Positions 1-9,106 of a stretch of 64,000 nucleotides of DNA are shown here, in pieces. This DNA is from Myxococcota bacterium (GTDB taxonomy: Bacteria; Myxococcota_A; Polyangia; Polyangiales; Sandaracinaceae), in contig JAYZQJ010000178.1 of assembly GCA_036149055.1 (NCBI GenBank), positions 1-64,000 on the forward strand, in the 5' to 3' direction. The notes below the pieces were generated by a model. It was not told where the DNA came from and made no database searches. It saw nothing but the letters and a program-made list of their open reading frames with translations. The translations under genes and the position numbers were made by a program. Numbering within the stretch: the stretch's first letter is position 1; each line of letters begins with the position of its first letter.

Positions 1-36
1 GCGCTCGAGGGCGAGGTCCCCACCTACGTCGAGGCG

Positions 37-1890
37 GTGCCCCCGCAGGCCCAGCCCCCGGGCGCCCGCCCGGGCGGGCGCCCGGCCGCGGAGCGGCCCG
101 CGGTCCCGCCCCCGCTCCGGGCCCGTCACCCCGCGCTGACCGCCATCGAGTGGGTGCCGCGCGTCGACGCGGACGGCCGGGAGGCCTTCGAGGCCGATCT
201 CGCGCGGCGCTATCCGGGGTACGGGCCCATCGTCGAGCGCGTCGACGGCCGCGCGGTGCCGGCGGCCGCGCGCGCGCGTCACTACCCCGTGGCCCTCATC
301 CATCCCCTCGAGGGCAACGAGTCCGCGCTCGGCTTCGACCTCGCGAGCAACCCCGATCGGCGACGGGCGGTGGAGCGCGCCGTGCGGACCGGCGAGCCTA
401 CCCTCACCGCGCCGATCACGCTGGTGCAGGAGACCGGGCAGAGCCGCGCGGTGCTCCTGCTCGCCCCGGCCGGCGACGCCGGGCTGGTGGCCGCGGTGCT
501 CCGGATGGACGACGTCGTCGGTGGCGTGGTGCGAGAGCGCGAGGCCGGCGCGCGGGTCGATCTGGTCGACGCCGAGGCGGAGCGCGCCCTCTTCGGGGAG
601 GGCAGCGCGGGCGAGGGGCTCCCGCTCCGGGCCGAGGTCCGGGTGCGCGCGGCCGACCGGACCTGGCACCTCACCCTCTCCACCGCCGTCGCGCCGGTGC
701 TGGTCACGTGGGAGCCCTGGGCGGTGCTCGTCGCCGGCGGGCTGCTGACCTGGCTGCTCGCGATCCTGCTGATGATCGTCACCGGCCAGACCGCCCGCGT
801 CGCCCGGCTGGTGGACGCCCGCACCGCGGCCCTCGCGGCGAGCGAGGCCCGGGTGCAGACCATCGTCGACCACGTCTTCGACGGCATCCTGAGCGTGAAC
901 GACGCGGGGCGGGTGGTGGCGATGAACCCGGCCGCGGTGCGCATGTTCGGGGCCCGCGTGGGCGACCCCTTCGAGGACCTCTTCACCACCGCGCCGGTGC
1001 GGACCGACGACGAGCGCGCGCTCCTCGAGCTCGAGGGCTACCGCGCGGACGGGACGACGTTCCCCCTCGAGCTCGCCCTCCCGGTGAAGCCCGCCCAGGC
1101 CGACGCTCACGCGACCGCCACCGTGCACGACCTGACCGAGCGCAAGCGGGTCGACCGGCTCAAGGACGAGTTCCTCTCGACGGTGAGCCACGAGCTGCGC
1201 ACGCCCCTGACCTCGATCCGCGGCGCGCTGGGCCTGGTGACCGGGATGATGGGCGCGACGCTGCCGCCCAAGGTGCTGGAGCTCGTCGGGCTCGCCGACC
1301 GCAACGCCCGGCGCCTCGGCGCCCTGGTCGACGACCTGCTCGACCTCGGGCGCGCCTCGGCTGGCAACCTCGAGCTGGTCGCCAGCCCGGTCCCGGTCGC
1401 CGATCTCCTGCTCGAGGCGGCGGACGGGGTGCGCACCTACGCCGGCGAGCGCGAGGTGAGCGTGGTGATCCGCGACGAGGCGAGCGGCGAGGTGCACGTC
1501 GACGCGCAGCGGGTGGTGCAGGTGCTCGCCAACCTCCTGTCGAACGCGCTCAAGTTCTCCCCCGAGCGCGCCCGGGTGGAGCTGGTGGCGAGCGATCGGG
1601 GCGACGACGCGGTGCGCTTCGAGGTGCGCGACCGCGGGCCGGGCGTCGCCCCCGAGCACCGCGCCCGCATCTTCGATCGCTTCCAGCAGGCCGACGGATC
1701 GGACACCCGGGCGGTCGGCGGCAGCGGCCTCGGGCTCGCCATCGCGCGCGAGATCGTCCGGCGCTCCGGCGGCGAGATCGGCGTCTCCGACCGGGACGGA
1801 GGCGGCGCGGTGTTCTGGGTCGAGCTCCCGCGCGACGCTCAGCGCGAGAGCAGCCCGGCGATCGAGTCCAGCAGCTCCGTCGGCCGGTAG
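37..1890 (+). CDS. CHASE-domain / PAS sensor histidine kinase (5' end probably outside the window or corrupted)
   Basis: CHASE-like segment (IEWVPRV...HYPVALIHPLEGNESALGFDL...APITLVQE), TM helix, PAS-like region, H-box FLSTVSHELRTPLTSI, N-box QVLANLLSNALKF, G-boxes DRGPG and GGSGLGLAI. Confidence 0.85.
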   Translation: MPPQAQPPGARPGGRPAAERPAVPPPLRARHPALTAIEWVPRVDADGREAFEADLARRYPGYGPIVERVDGRAVPAAARARHYPVALIHPLEGNESALGFDLASNPDRRRAVERAVRTGEPTLTAPITLVQETGQSRAVLLLAPAGDAGLVAAVLRMDDVVGGVVREREAGARVDLVDAEAERALFGEGSAGEGLPLRAEVRVRAADRTWHLTLSTAVAPVLVTWEPWAVLVAGGLLTWLLAILLMIVTGQTARVARLVDARTAALAASEARVQTIVDHVFDGILSVNDAGRVVAMNPAAVRMFGARVGDPFEDLFTTAPVRTDDERALLELEGYRADGTTFPLELALPVKPAQADAHATATVHDLTERKRVDRLKDEFLSTVSHELRTPLTSIRGALGLVTGMMGATLPPKVLELVGLADRNARRLGALVDDLLDLGRASAGNLELVASPVPVADLLLEAADGVRTYAGEREVSVVIRDEASGEVHVDAQRVVQVLANLLSNALKFSPERARVELVASDRGDDAVRFEVRDRGPGVAPEHRARIFDRFQQADGSDTRAVGGSGLGLAIAREIVRRSGGEIGVSDRDGGGAVFWVELPRDAQRESSPAIESSSSVGR

Positions 1891-3758
1891 GGCTTGGGGA
1901 GGAAGCCGGTGTCGTCGCCGAGCGGCTCGTCGAGCGCGCGCGCCGCGTAGCCCGAGACGAAGAGGATGGGCAGCGGGCCGACGCGCTCCCGGATCGCGCT
2001 GGCCAGCGCCGCGCCTCGGATGCCGGGCATCACCACGTCCGAGACCACAACGTCCGGGCGGAGCCCCTCGTCGAGCAGCCGCAGCGCCGCGTCTCCATGC
2101 TCGGCGGCCCGGACCCGGTAGCCCGACGCGGTGAGGATGCGCTCGGTCGCGTCGCGGATCTGTGGGTGGTCCTCGATCACCAGGACGAGCTCCCCGCGGG
2201 GGCCCGGGCGCGCGGGCCGGGGCGGGGGCGGGCGGCTGCTCCGTGGTCTCGGCGTGGCGAGCGGGAGCCACGCGTCGAAGCGCGCCCCGCGGCCCTCGTC
2301 GGAGTCGACCACCACCGTGCCGCCGGCCGCCGTGACCACCGCGTAGACCGTCGCCAGCCCCACGCCGTGGCCCTCGGCCTTCGTGGTGTAGAAGGGCTCG
2401 AAGATCCGGTCGCGGGCCGCCTCGGGCACGCCGTGGCCCTCGTCGCGCACCGAGAGGCGCACGTGCGGCCCCGGCTCGAGGGGAGGGTGGCGCCGCGCGT
2501 AGGCCGGGTCGACCTCTTCGATCCGGGTCTCGATCTCCACGCGGCCCCCATCGGGCATCGCCTCCTTGGCGTTGAGCACCAGGTTCACCAGCACCTGCTC
2601 GGCCCGCGACGGCTCGACGAGCACGGTGGCCGGTGACTCGTCGCGCGCGTAGACGAGCTCGACCTCGCCGTCGGTGATCCGGGCGAGCATGCGCTTGCTC
2701 CCCTCCACCACCGCGTGCAGATCGATCGGCGCCTCCGGCGCGCGGCTGCGCAGATCGAAGCCGCGCAGCTGCCGGGCGAGGGCCGCGGCGCGCTCGGCCA
2801 TGCTCACGACCACGTCGATGTCCCCCTTGCGCGGGTCGTCGCCGTCGAGCTCCATCGAGATGAACTGCGCGTGGTTCAGGATCACGGTGAGCAGGTTGTT
2901 GAAGTCGTGCCGGATCGTCGCCGCGAAGCGACCCAGCATCTCCATGCGCCGGCGCTGCTCGAGGCGTCGCTCGAGCGCGCGTCGGGCGGAGCGAGACGCC
3001 TCGAGCTCGAGCAGCTTCTCCTGCAGCAGCTGGTTGGTCTCGACCAGCTCGGTGTAGAGCCCGCGCAGCTCGTCCGCGCCGCGACGGCTCACCAGCCGCG
3101 ACAGCCACCTCCCGACGCCCGCGCGCCGTCGCTCGGCGAGCCGCACGTGGAGCACCACCCGCGCGGGGCCGTCCTCGAGCAGCTCCGCCTCGGCCGGCGC
3201 CGCGCCGACCAGCCGTGGGAGCTCGCGGGTCACGCCCTGCATCGCCAGCGCGAAGCCGCGCGAGAAGGTCACGTGGCCGCGCCCGCGCCAGGTCACGCGG
3301 AGCGCGCGCCGCCCCAGCGGGTCGAGCCGGGCGTCGACCCCGCGGAAGTAGAGGCCGTCCTCGCGCCAGACCACCCGGTTCACCCACGTCATCAGCGCGT
3401 GCTCGGAGACGAAGGCGCCCGCGGCCAGCCCCAGCGCTCGGAAGAGCGGCGACTCCAGCGCGAGCTGGCCGAGGCGGACCACCGCGTCGTCCCCCGCGAG
3501 CTCACGGACGCGCTCCAGGATCGCGTTGAACGCGGCCCAGGAGATCCAGACGTTCGGCCGGCGCGCCCGCGCGAGGTCCAGCTCGAGCCCCTCCTGCAGC
3601 TGGGCCGCGTCGATGCCGATCCGGCGCACCAGCTCGACGATCGCGTCGACGTTGCGGCCCGAGACGCCGGTCTCCTCCTCGAGCGAGGGCTCGCCGAGCC
3701 GTCGCCGCAGCGCCTCGATCTCGGCGACGAGCGCCTCCCGTGACCGCGCCTCGCTCAC
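1839..3758 (-). CDS. Hybrid sensor histidine kinase/response regulator with N-terminal AraC-ligand-binding/H-NOX-like domain
   Basis: GTG start overlaps the upstream stop (GTGA); H-box HDFNNLLTVI, NLVLNAKEAMP, IFEPFYTTK, GVGLA; C-terminal receiver (LVIEDHP...DVVVSDVVMPG...FLPKPY). Confidence 0.85.
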   Translation of the reverse strand: MSEARSREALVAEIEALRRRLGEPSLEEETGVSGRNVDAIVELVRRIGIDAAQLQEGLELDLARARRPNVWISWAAFNAILERVRELAGDDAVVRLGQLALESPLFRALGLAAGAFVSEHALMTWVNRVVWREDGLYFRGVDARLDPLGRRALRVTWRGRGHVTFSRGFALAMQGVTRELPRLVGAAPAEAELLEDGPARVVLHVRLAERRRAGVGRWLSRLVSRRGADELRGLYTELVETNQLLQEKLLELEASRSARRALERRLEQRRRMEMLGRFAATIRHDFNNLLTVILNHAQFISMELDGDDPRKGDIDVVVSMAERAAALARQLRGFDLRSRAPEAPIDLHAVVEGSKRMLARITDGEVELVYARDESPATVLVEPSRAEQVLVNLVLNAKEAMPDGGRVEIETRIEEVDPAYARRHPPLEPGPHVRLSVRDEGHGVPEAARDRIFEPFYTTKAEGHGVGLATVYAVVTAAGGTVVVDSDEGRGARFDAWLPLATPRPRSSRPPPPRPARPGPRGELVLVIEDHPQIRDATERILTASGYRVRAAEHGDAALRLLDEGLRPDVVVSDVVMPGIRGAALASAIRERVGPLPILFVSGYAARALDEPLGDDTGFLPKPYRPTELLDSIAGLLSR

Positions 3759-5296
3759 GCCGGCTCCGCCTGCGGCAACAGGATGCGGACCTCGGTGCCC
3801 TCCCCCGGCGCCGAGCGCAGCCAGAGCGCGCCGCCGAGCTGCCGGACCACGCCGAACGCGCTCGACAGGCCGAGCCCGCGGGCGCCTCGATCGCGGTGGG
3901 TGGTGACGACGGGCTCGAGCGCCCGGGCGCGCACCTCCGGCTCCATGCCGTGTCCCTCGTCGCGCACCGTCAACATGGCGTACGATCCCGAGTCTGCGCC
4001 GGGGTAGCTCGTCGCCTCCTCGTCGCCCACCTCGACCCGGCCGGCCCGCACCTCCAGCGCGCCGCCCTCGGGCAGCGCGGCCCGCGCGTTGTCGATGAGG
4101 TCGAGGATGACGCGCTCCAGGCTCGCGCCGTCGGCCTTCACCCGCCCGGTCTCCTCGAGCGCGAAGCGGAGCGCCACCGGCTCGCCCGCCGCCGCGTCGA
4201 AGAGCTCGCGTCGCTCCTCCACGAGGGCCTTCAGGTCGACCAGCTCGATCTCCATCGGCTGCTGACGGCCCACCGCGAGGAGCTGCCGGCAGAGGGACGC
4301 GGCGCGGCGGCTCGCCTCCTCGACCATGCCGAGGTCCGCCTTCATCGACGCCTCGAGGCGAGGCTCGAGCAGCGCGACCTGCGAGAGGACCACGGTCAGG
4401 AGGTTGTTGAAGTCGTGGGCCACGCCGCCCGCGAAGCGGCCCACCGCCTCCATGCGCTCCTGCTCCACCAGCTCGGCCTGCAGCGCCGCCCGCGCCCGCT
4501 CCGACGCCTCGAGCTCGAGGATGCGCTGCCGCAGCTCCTCGTTGCGCCCGCTCAGCTCCTGCTCCGCGTCGCGCACCGCGCGCGCCTCGATCCGGGGGAG
4601 CAGCTGCCCGATCAGCGCCCGGGCCCGGGCGGCGCCGGAGGGCTGCGCGTAGCGCACGGCGAAGGTCACCGCGCGCCCGTCGCGCCGCACGGAGATCTCT
4701 CTCGCGCCCGCGTCGGTGGTGCCCGGCAGCCCCTCGAGGAAGCTCCGGGTGGCCTCGACGAAGAGCGCGGGCAGCTCGGGGCCGGGCGGCGGCTCGAACC
4801 GCGCCTCCACCCGGGTCGGCCCCGCCCGGCGCACCTCGAGGGTGAAGCCACGCAGCAGCACCCCGCCCGGGCCGGCGACGAGGCGACCCATGCCCTGCAG
4901 CACGAGCGCGAGCGGGGCGAACGGGGTGATGGCGACCCGCAAGAACTGGAGCGCCGGCGAGCCGAGCAGCCCGCGCATGCCCTCCCGCACGGCGCCGCCG
5001 TCGACCAGCGGCTCCAGCGCGTCCGCCACCTCGCAGTAGCCCGGCCACGTCCACCAGGTGCGCCGCCCTCGGACCGTCGACGGCGCGAGGCCCGCCGCGC
5101 GGAGCCGACGGTCGACCTCGTCCGGCCCCGCGTGGGCGTCGAGCATCTCGAGCACCGCGCGCGTGACCCGCCAGGACACCTCCTCGGGCGCCTCCTCGCG
5201 ATGATCGAGGTCGCGGGCCGCCTCCACCTCACGGAGGCGGCGGAGCTCGGCCTCGAGCTCCTCCAGCGACCACTCCTCGACGCCTCCGTACGCCAC
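3755..5296 (-). CDS. Sensor histidine kinase, paralogue of the downstream hybrid kinase, no receiver domain
   Basis: VGRFAGGVAHDFNNLLTVV H-box, DLIDNARAALP, DEGHGM, GLGLSSAFG; start inferred at a GTG 7 nt after TATCCT. Confidence 0.8.
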   Translation of the reverse strand: MAYGGVEEWSLEELEAELRRLREVEAARDLDHREEAPEEVSWRVTRAVLEMLDAHAGPDEVDRRLRAAGLAPSTVRGRRTWWTWPGYCEVADALEPLVDGGAVREGMRGLLGSPALQFLRVAITPFAPLALVLQGMGRLVAGPGGVLLRGFTLEVRRAGPTRVEARFEPPPGPELPALFVEATRSFLEGLPGTTDAGAREISVRRDGRAVTFAVRYAQPSGAARARALIGQLLPRIEARAVRDAEQELSGRNEELRQRILELEASERARAALQAELVEQERMEAVGRFAGGVAHDFNNLLTVVLSQVALLEPRLEASMKADLGMVEEASRRAASLCRQLLAVGRQQPMEIELVDLKALVEERRELFDAAAGEPVALRFALEETGRVKADGASLERVILDLIDNARAALPEGGALEVRAGRVEVGDEEATSYPGADSGSYAMLTVRDEGHGMEPEVRARALEPVVTTHRDRGARGLGLSSAFGVVRQLGGALWLRSAPGEGTEVRILLPQAEPA

Positions 5297-5363
5297 CGAC
5301 GCCAGGATACTCGCGATCACCCGCCGCCGTGGACCACCGGACCGGACAGACTTAAGCTGCGGC

Positions 5364-6209
5364 GTGCGAGACGTCACCGAAGCGCTCCTCGCGCTGCTGG
5401 ACGAGGGTGGTCGCGGCGCGCTCGCGACCGTGATCCGATCGAGCGGCTCGACCCCGCAGCAGCCGGGCGCGCGCCTCTTGCTCCTGCCCGACGGCCGCGC
5501 GGTCGGCACCATCGGCGGCGGCGCGATCGAGCACCACGTCATGAGCGAGCTCGAGGCGTGCGTGCGCGACGGCCGCCCGCGCGTCGTGCAGAAGGATCTG
5601 ATCCGCGACCTCGGCATGTGCTGCGGCGGTCGCATGGAGGTCTTCGTGGAGCCCATCGAAGGACGCCCACGCCTGGTCGTCTTCGGCGCCGGTCACGTCG
5701 GCAAGGCGGTGTGCGACGTCGCGCGCGGCCTCGGCTTCCGGCTGGTCGTGGTCGACGACCGGGCGGAGCTGAACGACGAGGCGCGCTTCCCCGGCTGCGA
5801 GCGGGTGGTCGCCGAGCCCGCCGAGTCCGCCGAGCGCGTCGCGCCGACCTCGAGAGACTGGCTGCTCGTGGTCACGCACGATCACCGCCTGGACGAGGAG
5901 GCGGTCGACACCTTCGCGCGCCTCCCCCACGCCTACCTCGGCGTCATCGGCAGCCGGCGCAAGATCTACCGCATCCTCCAGCGCATCCACGCCCGCCGCG
6001 GCCTCCCCTCGCTCGAGCGGGTCTACGCGCCGGTCGGTCTCGACCTCGGCGCGGTCACGCCCGAGGAGATCGCGATCAGCATCGCGGCCGAGCTGGTCGC
6101 GCTGCGGCACGGCGTGGCCGGCGCGCACATGCGCGCGATGGACGACCCGGCGCTCCAGCGGGTGCTCGGCGGCGAGCTCACCCCCGACGCGGCGGCCCGG
6201 ATCGAATAG
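5364..6209 (+). CDS. xdhC: Xanthine dehydrogenase accessory protein XdhC (XdhC/CoxI family)
   Basis: GSTPQQPGARLL, GTIGGGAIE, LGMCCGG, VFGAGHVG, VTHDHRLD, YLGVIGSRRK, APVGLDLGAVTPEEIAISIAAEL. Confidence 0.9.
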   Translation: MRDVTEALLALLDEGGRGALATVIRSSGSTPQQPGARLLLLPDGRAVGTIGGGAIEHHVMSELEACVRDGRPRVVQKDLIRDLGMCCGGRMEVFVEPIEGRPRLVVFGAGHVGKAVCDVARGLGFRLVVVDDRAELNDEARFPGCERVVAEPAESAERVAPTSRDWLLVVTHDHRLDEEAVDTFARLPHAYLGVIGSRRKIYRILQRIHARRGLPSLERVYAPVGLDLGAVTPEEIAISIAAELVALRHGVAGAHMRAMDDPALQRVLGGELTPDAAARIE

Positions 6210-8925
6210 GCTGCACCGCGTGCCCGCACGCCGGGCAGCGCACGTGCACCGGCGGCTCGTGCGTCGGCGCGAAGACCGTCGCGTCGCAGTGCGGGCACCA
6301 CGCGGGCTCGGTCTCACGCACCGGACCGGTCGTCACGCCCACGAGGCCGAGGCTCCGACACAGCCCGCACCGCGTCGTCCGCAGCGGCGTTCCGTCCGGC
6401 AGCGAGTACCGCGCCCCGCACCGCGCGCACCCCGCGTCGGTCGCCCCCTCCGCTGCCTCGCTCTGCGCCCGAGCGATCTGCGCCGCCTCCACCACCATCG
6501 CGAGCGCCGAGGTCCACGCGGGCATCGGCACGCTGGCTTCGAGGACCTCGGTCTCCGGGAGGCGGTCGAGGCGGGCCGTCCGGGGGCGTCGCTCGGGGAG
6601 CCTCAAGCCTTCGCCGTGCCGGTAGTCGGGCTCCTCCTGGAGGGCGCGCGACAGGGCCCGGGCGACCGCCTGATCGGTCCCGAGGGCGTCGAGCCGCTCC
6701 CGCGCGCCCGCGGCATAGTGAAAGTTGCGCCGCCGCAGGGTCCCGTTGATCGGATCGTCCGCCTCGGCGAGCAGCATCGAGAGGTCGCCGCGCAGGGCGC
6801 GCTCGGCGAGCGCGAGCACCGCCTCGGGCGACTCGGTCTCCGGCTGTCGCCACGCGGCGAGCACCTCCACCTCGTCGATCCACCCCGCGGCCCTCACGCC
6901 GGCGAGCGCCATCTCGGCGCGGAAGATCACGTCGGGGCCGAGCGTCAGCGCGGGCTGCGCGTCGAGGTCTCCGAGCGCGGGCGGCGTGGCGAGCGCCGAC
7001 TCCAGCCGCTCGGTAGCGGTGGAGCGGCCCCGCTCGAGCGCGGAGCCCGGGGCTTCGTCCCCCCACGTCACGAGGGCCCCACAGCGCGGCAGCTCGTCGC
7101 TCCTCTCGTCGAACGCGCGCACGAAGCAGAAGGCGGCTCGCTCGGTCGGCGCGCGGACCAGGAGCGCGATCCGGGCGGTCACCCCCGCGGGGACCGCGAT
7201 CGGCCAGACCTCTGCGCCGATCGGCGCGGCGAGCGCGAGCACGGTCTCGATGAGCTGCCTCCCGGAGACCCGGTGGCCGAGCTTCCACGCGCCCCCACGT
7301 GTCCTCGGGATCTCGCCACCGCCCCCGGACAGCCCTGGGGCCGCGATCGGGGCGAGCGGATCCACGTCGTCGTGAGCCCCCGAGAGCGTGATCCTCGGAG
7401 CGGGATCGGCGAGCCCAGATCGTCGGTCGAAGACGGGGCGGTCGATGAGCGCCGCCGCGATCGCCGTCCAGCCGCCGAGGTCCCTCTCCAGCTCGGCGAG
7501 CGCCTCGCTGCCTTCGCCCGTGAACGTGAACTCGCCGGCGGCGACGGCGGCCATCGGGTCGTCGCCGTGCACCACCACGACGTCCCGGATCCCGCGGAGG
7601 GCTCTCGCGACGCCCCGCAGGGTGGCGTCGACCCGGTCGGGCGGCGCCCAGGCGATGAAGCGGCCCTCGGAGCCCGGGAGCCACCCGGCCGAGTAGGCTC
7701 CCGCGGCGGCCAGCTCGACCCGCAGTCGCGTGGTCGGGGCGTTGCCGAGCGGCGCGAGCTGCCGGGTGATCCCGAACAGCCGCCGCTCGATGGCCGGAGC
7801 CTCCTGCCCGCGCGCCAGCCGCGTCACGAGGTGCTCGCGCGCGCCCCGCTCCTTCTCCCACGCCACGTGCGCCGCCAGGCCGCGCAGACCGCGCTTTCGG
7901 CCGTCGATCGCGCGAGCGAGCGCGACCGCCGAACGCCTCCACCGCGTGAGCACGTAGACGTGCATCGTGTACTCCGCGGTCGGCTCCCCCACGAGCGGCA
8001 CGGCCCAGGCCTGCGAGCCCGTCTCCCGGAGCGTCGCGAGGAGCTCCTGAAGCCCCGCTCGCGCGCCGAGACCCCGCCCCTCCCGCTCGACGGTCGGCGC
8101 CCGCCTCCCGGTCCCCACCCGCAGCCCTGGGCGCACCGACTCCGCTGCGGTCTCGGTCTCGGCTGCGGACTCGGTCTCGGCTTCGGTCTCGGTCTCGGCT
8201 TCGGTCTCGGCTTGGGTCTCGGCCTCGGCGACCGAGAGCGCCTCCAGATCGACCGAGAGCGCCTCCCGGCACGCCGCCTCCAGCGCCTCCCTGGCCCTCT
8301 GGATGGCGTCCTCGTCCTCGCTCCCCTCCGAGAGCAGCGCCCGGGCGCGGCTCAGCCGCTCGAGCGCGCCGCCGAGGCGGGTCACGTCGTCCTCCGCGAG
8401 CGCCGCGGCGGCCTCGTGCGCGAACGCCGCCGCCCGCGCCTCCGCCCACCGCCGGATCGCGCCGGCTCGCTCGCCCTCGGCCCGGGCCTTCGCGAGGGCG
8501 TCGGCCCGACCCTGCTCGAGCACCCACTCCGCGTCGCGCACCCTCTCGTCCGCGTCGATCGCTCGCGCCCTCGCGTCCCCGGCCCGCGCCCGGTGCGCCC
8601 GCGCGTCCTCGAGCGTCGGCGCCTCGTGCGCCTCGGTGAGCGCGCTCCGGACCCACCGCGCGATCCGCGGCCGCAGGGCGTCCTTCGCGTCGAACGCCCG
8701 CACCACCTCGCGCGCCGTCCCGGCGAGCTGCTCCGCGTCCTCCACCACCGTGCCGCCGATCCGCACCAGACACAGCGGCCCGCCGCGCGCGTGGGCCAGC
8801 GCGCCGATCAGCCCGGTCGCCGCGTGCAGCCCGGAGCGTCCGACCACCGGCTCGCCCCCGACCCGCTCGATCGCCCCGGGCTCGACCGCGCCGCGCGCGA
8901 ACCACCAACCGTAGCGCGCCCCCAC
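6178..8925 (-). CDS. Large hypothetical protein with helical region, internal domain duplication and C-terminal double zinc ribbon
   Basis: Long ORF in the coding-like frame; ETETEA low-complexity linker; four CxxC pairs at the C-terminus (CARC, CGLC, CPHC, CPAC); start is an estimate. Confidence 0.6.
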   Translation of the reverse strand: MGARYGWWFARGAVEPGAIERVGGEPVVGRSGLHAATGLIGALAHARGGPLCLVRIGGTVVEDAEQLAGTAREVVRAFDAKDALRPRIARWVRSALTEAHEAPTLEDARAHRARAGDARARAIDADERVRDAEWVLEQGRADALAKARAEGERAGAIRRWAEARAAAFAHEAAAALAEDDVTRLGGALERLSRARALLSEGSEDEDAIQRAREALEAACREALSVDLEALSVAEAETQAETEAETETEAETESAAETETAAESVRPGLRVGTGRRAPTVEREGRGLGARAGLQELLATLRETGSQAWAVPLVGEPTAEYTMHVYVLTRWRRSAVALARAIDGRKRGLRGLAAHVAWEKERGAREHLVTRLARGQEAPAIERRLFGITRQLAPLGNAPTTRLRVELAAAGAYSAGWLPGSEGRFIAWAPPDRVDATLRGVARALRGIRDVVVVHGDDPMAAVAAGEFTFTGEGSEALAELERDLGGWTAIAAALIDRPVFDRRSGLADPAPRITLSGAHDDVDPLAPIAAPGLSGGGGEIPRTRGGAWKLGHRVSGRQLIETVLALAAPIGAEVWPIAVPAGVTARIALLVRAPTERAAFCFVRAFDERSDELPRCGALVTWGDEAPGSALERGRSTATERLESALATPPALGDLDAQPALTLGPDVIFRAEMALAGVRAAGWIDEVEVLAAWRQPETESPEAVLALAERALRGDLSMLLAEADDPINGTLRRRNFHYAAGARERLDALGTDQAVARALSRALQEEPDYRHGEGLRLPERRPRTARLDRLPETEVLEASVPMPAWTSALAMVVEAAQIARAQSEAAEGATDAGCARCGARYSLPDGTPLRTTRCGLCRSLGLVGVTTGPVRETEPAWCPHCDATVFAPTHEPPVHVRCPACGHAVQPIRSGPPRRG
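8143..8230. repeat. Hexanucleotide tandem repeat (GGTCTC/GGCTTC) encoding an (E-T/E-A)n linker
   Basis: Sequence ...ggtctcggcttcggtctcggtctcggcttcggtctcggcttgggtctc... Confidence 0.8.
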
Positions 8926-9106
8926 CCGAGGAATATGCGTGGGTGAGATCGAGGGTGTCAACGAGGCTCGCCCTTCCCGCGTCTCCGCTAGAGAGAGTGT
9001 GTCCCGGGCAGGAGGCCTTTCCATCTGCGGGCGCATCGACCATCCTCTCGGGGTGAGCGGGTGTCGCGGCTGCGAGGACGGTGAGGAGGGCTGCACGCTC
9101 ACTCCG

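Noticed and set aside
37..120. 28-bp perfect G/C-only palindrome (58-85) and Pro/Gly-rich N-terminus of the CHASE kinase
   Set aside because: At the window edge, almost devoid of A/T, and the translation does not resemble the expected CHASE N-terminal helix; more likely low-quality sequence or chance in extreme-GC DNA than a functional element.
150..2636. Many long overlapping alternative-frame and antisense ORFs (e.g. 150-2636, 3740-6625, 6314-10339, 16439-18691, 52381-55671)
   Set aside because: Arg/Gly/Pro-rich shadow ORFs expected from stop-codon scarcity at very high GC; the motif-bearing frame explains each region.
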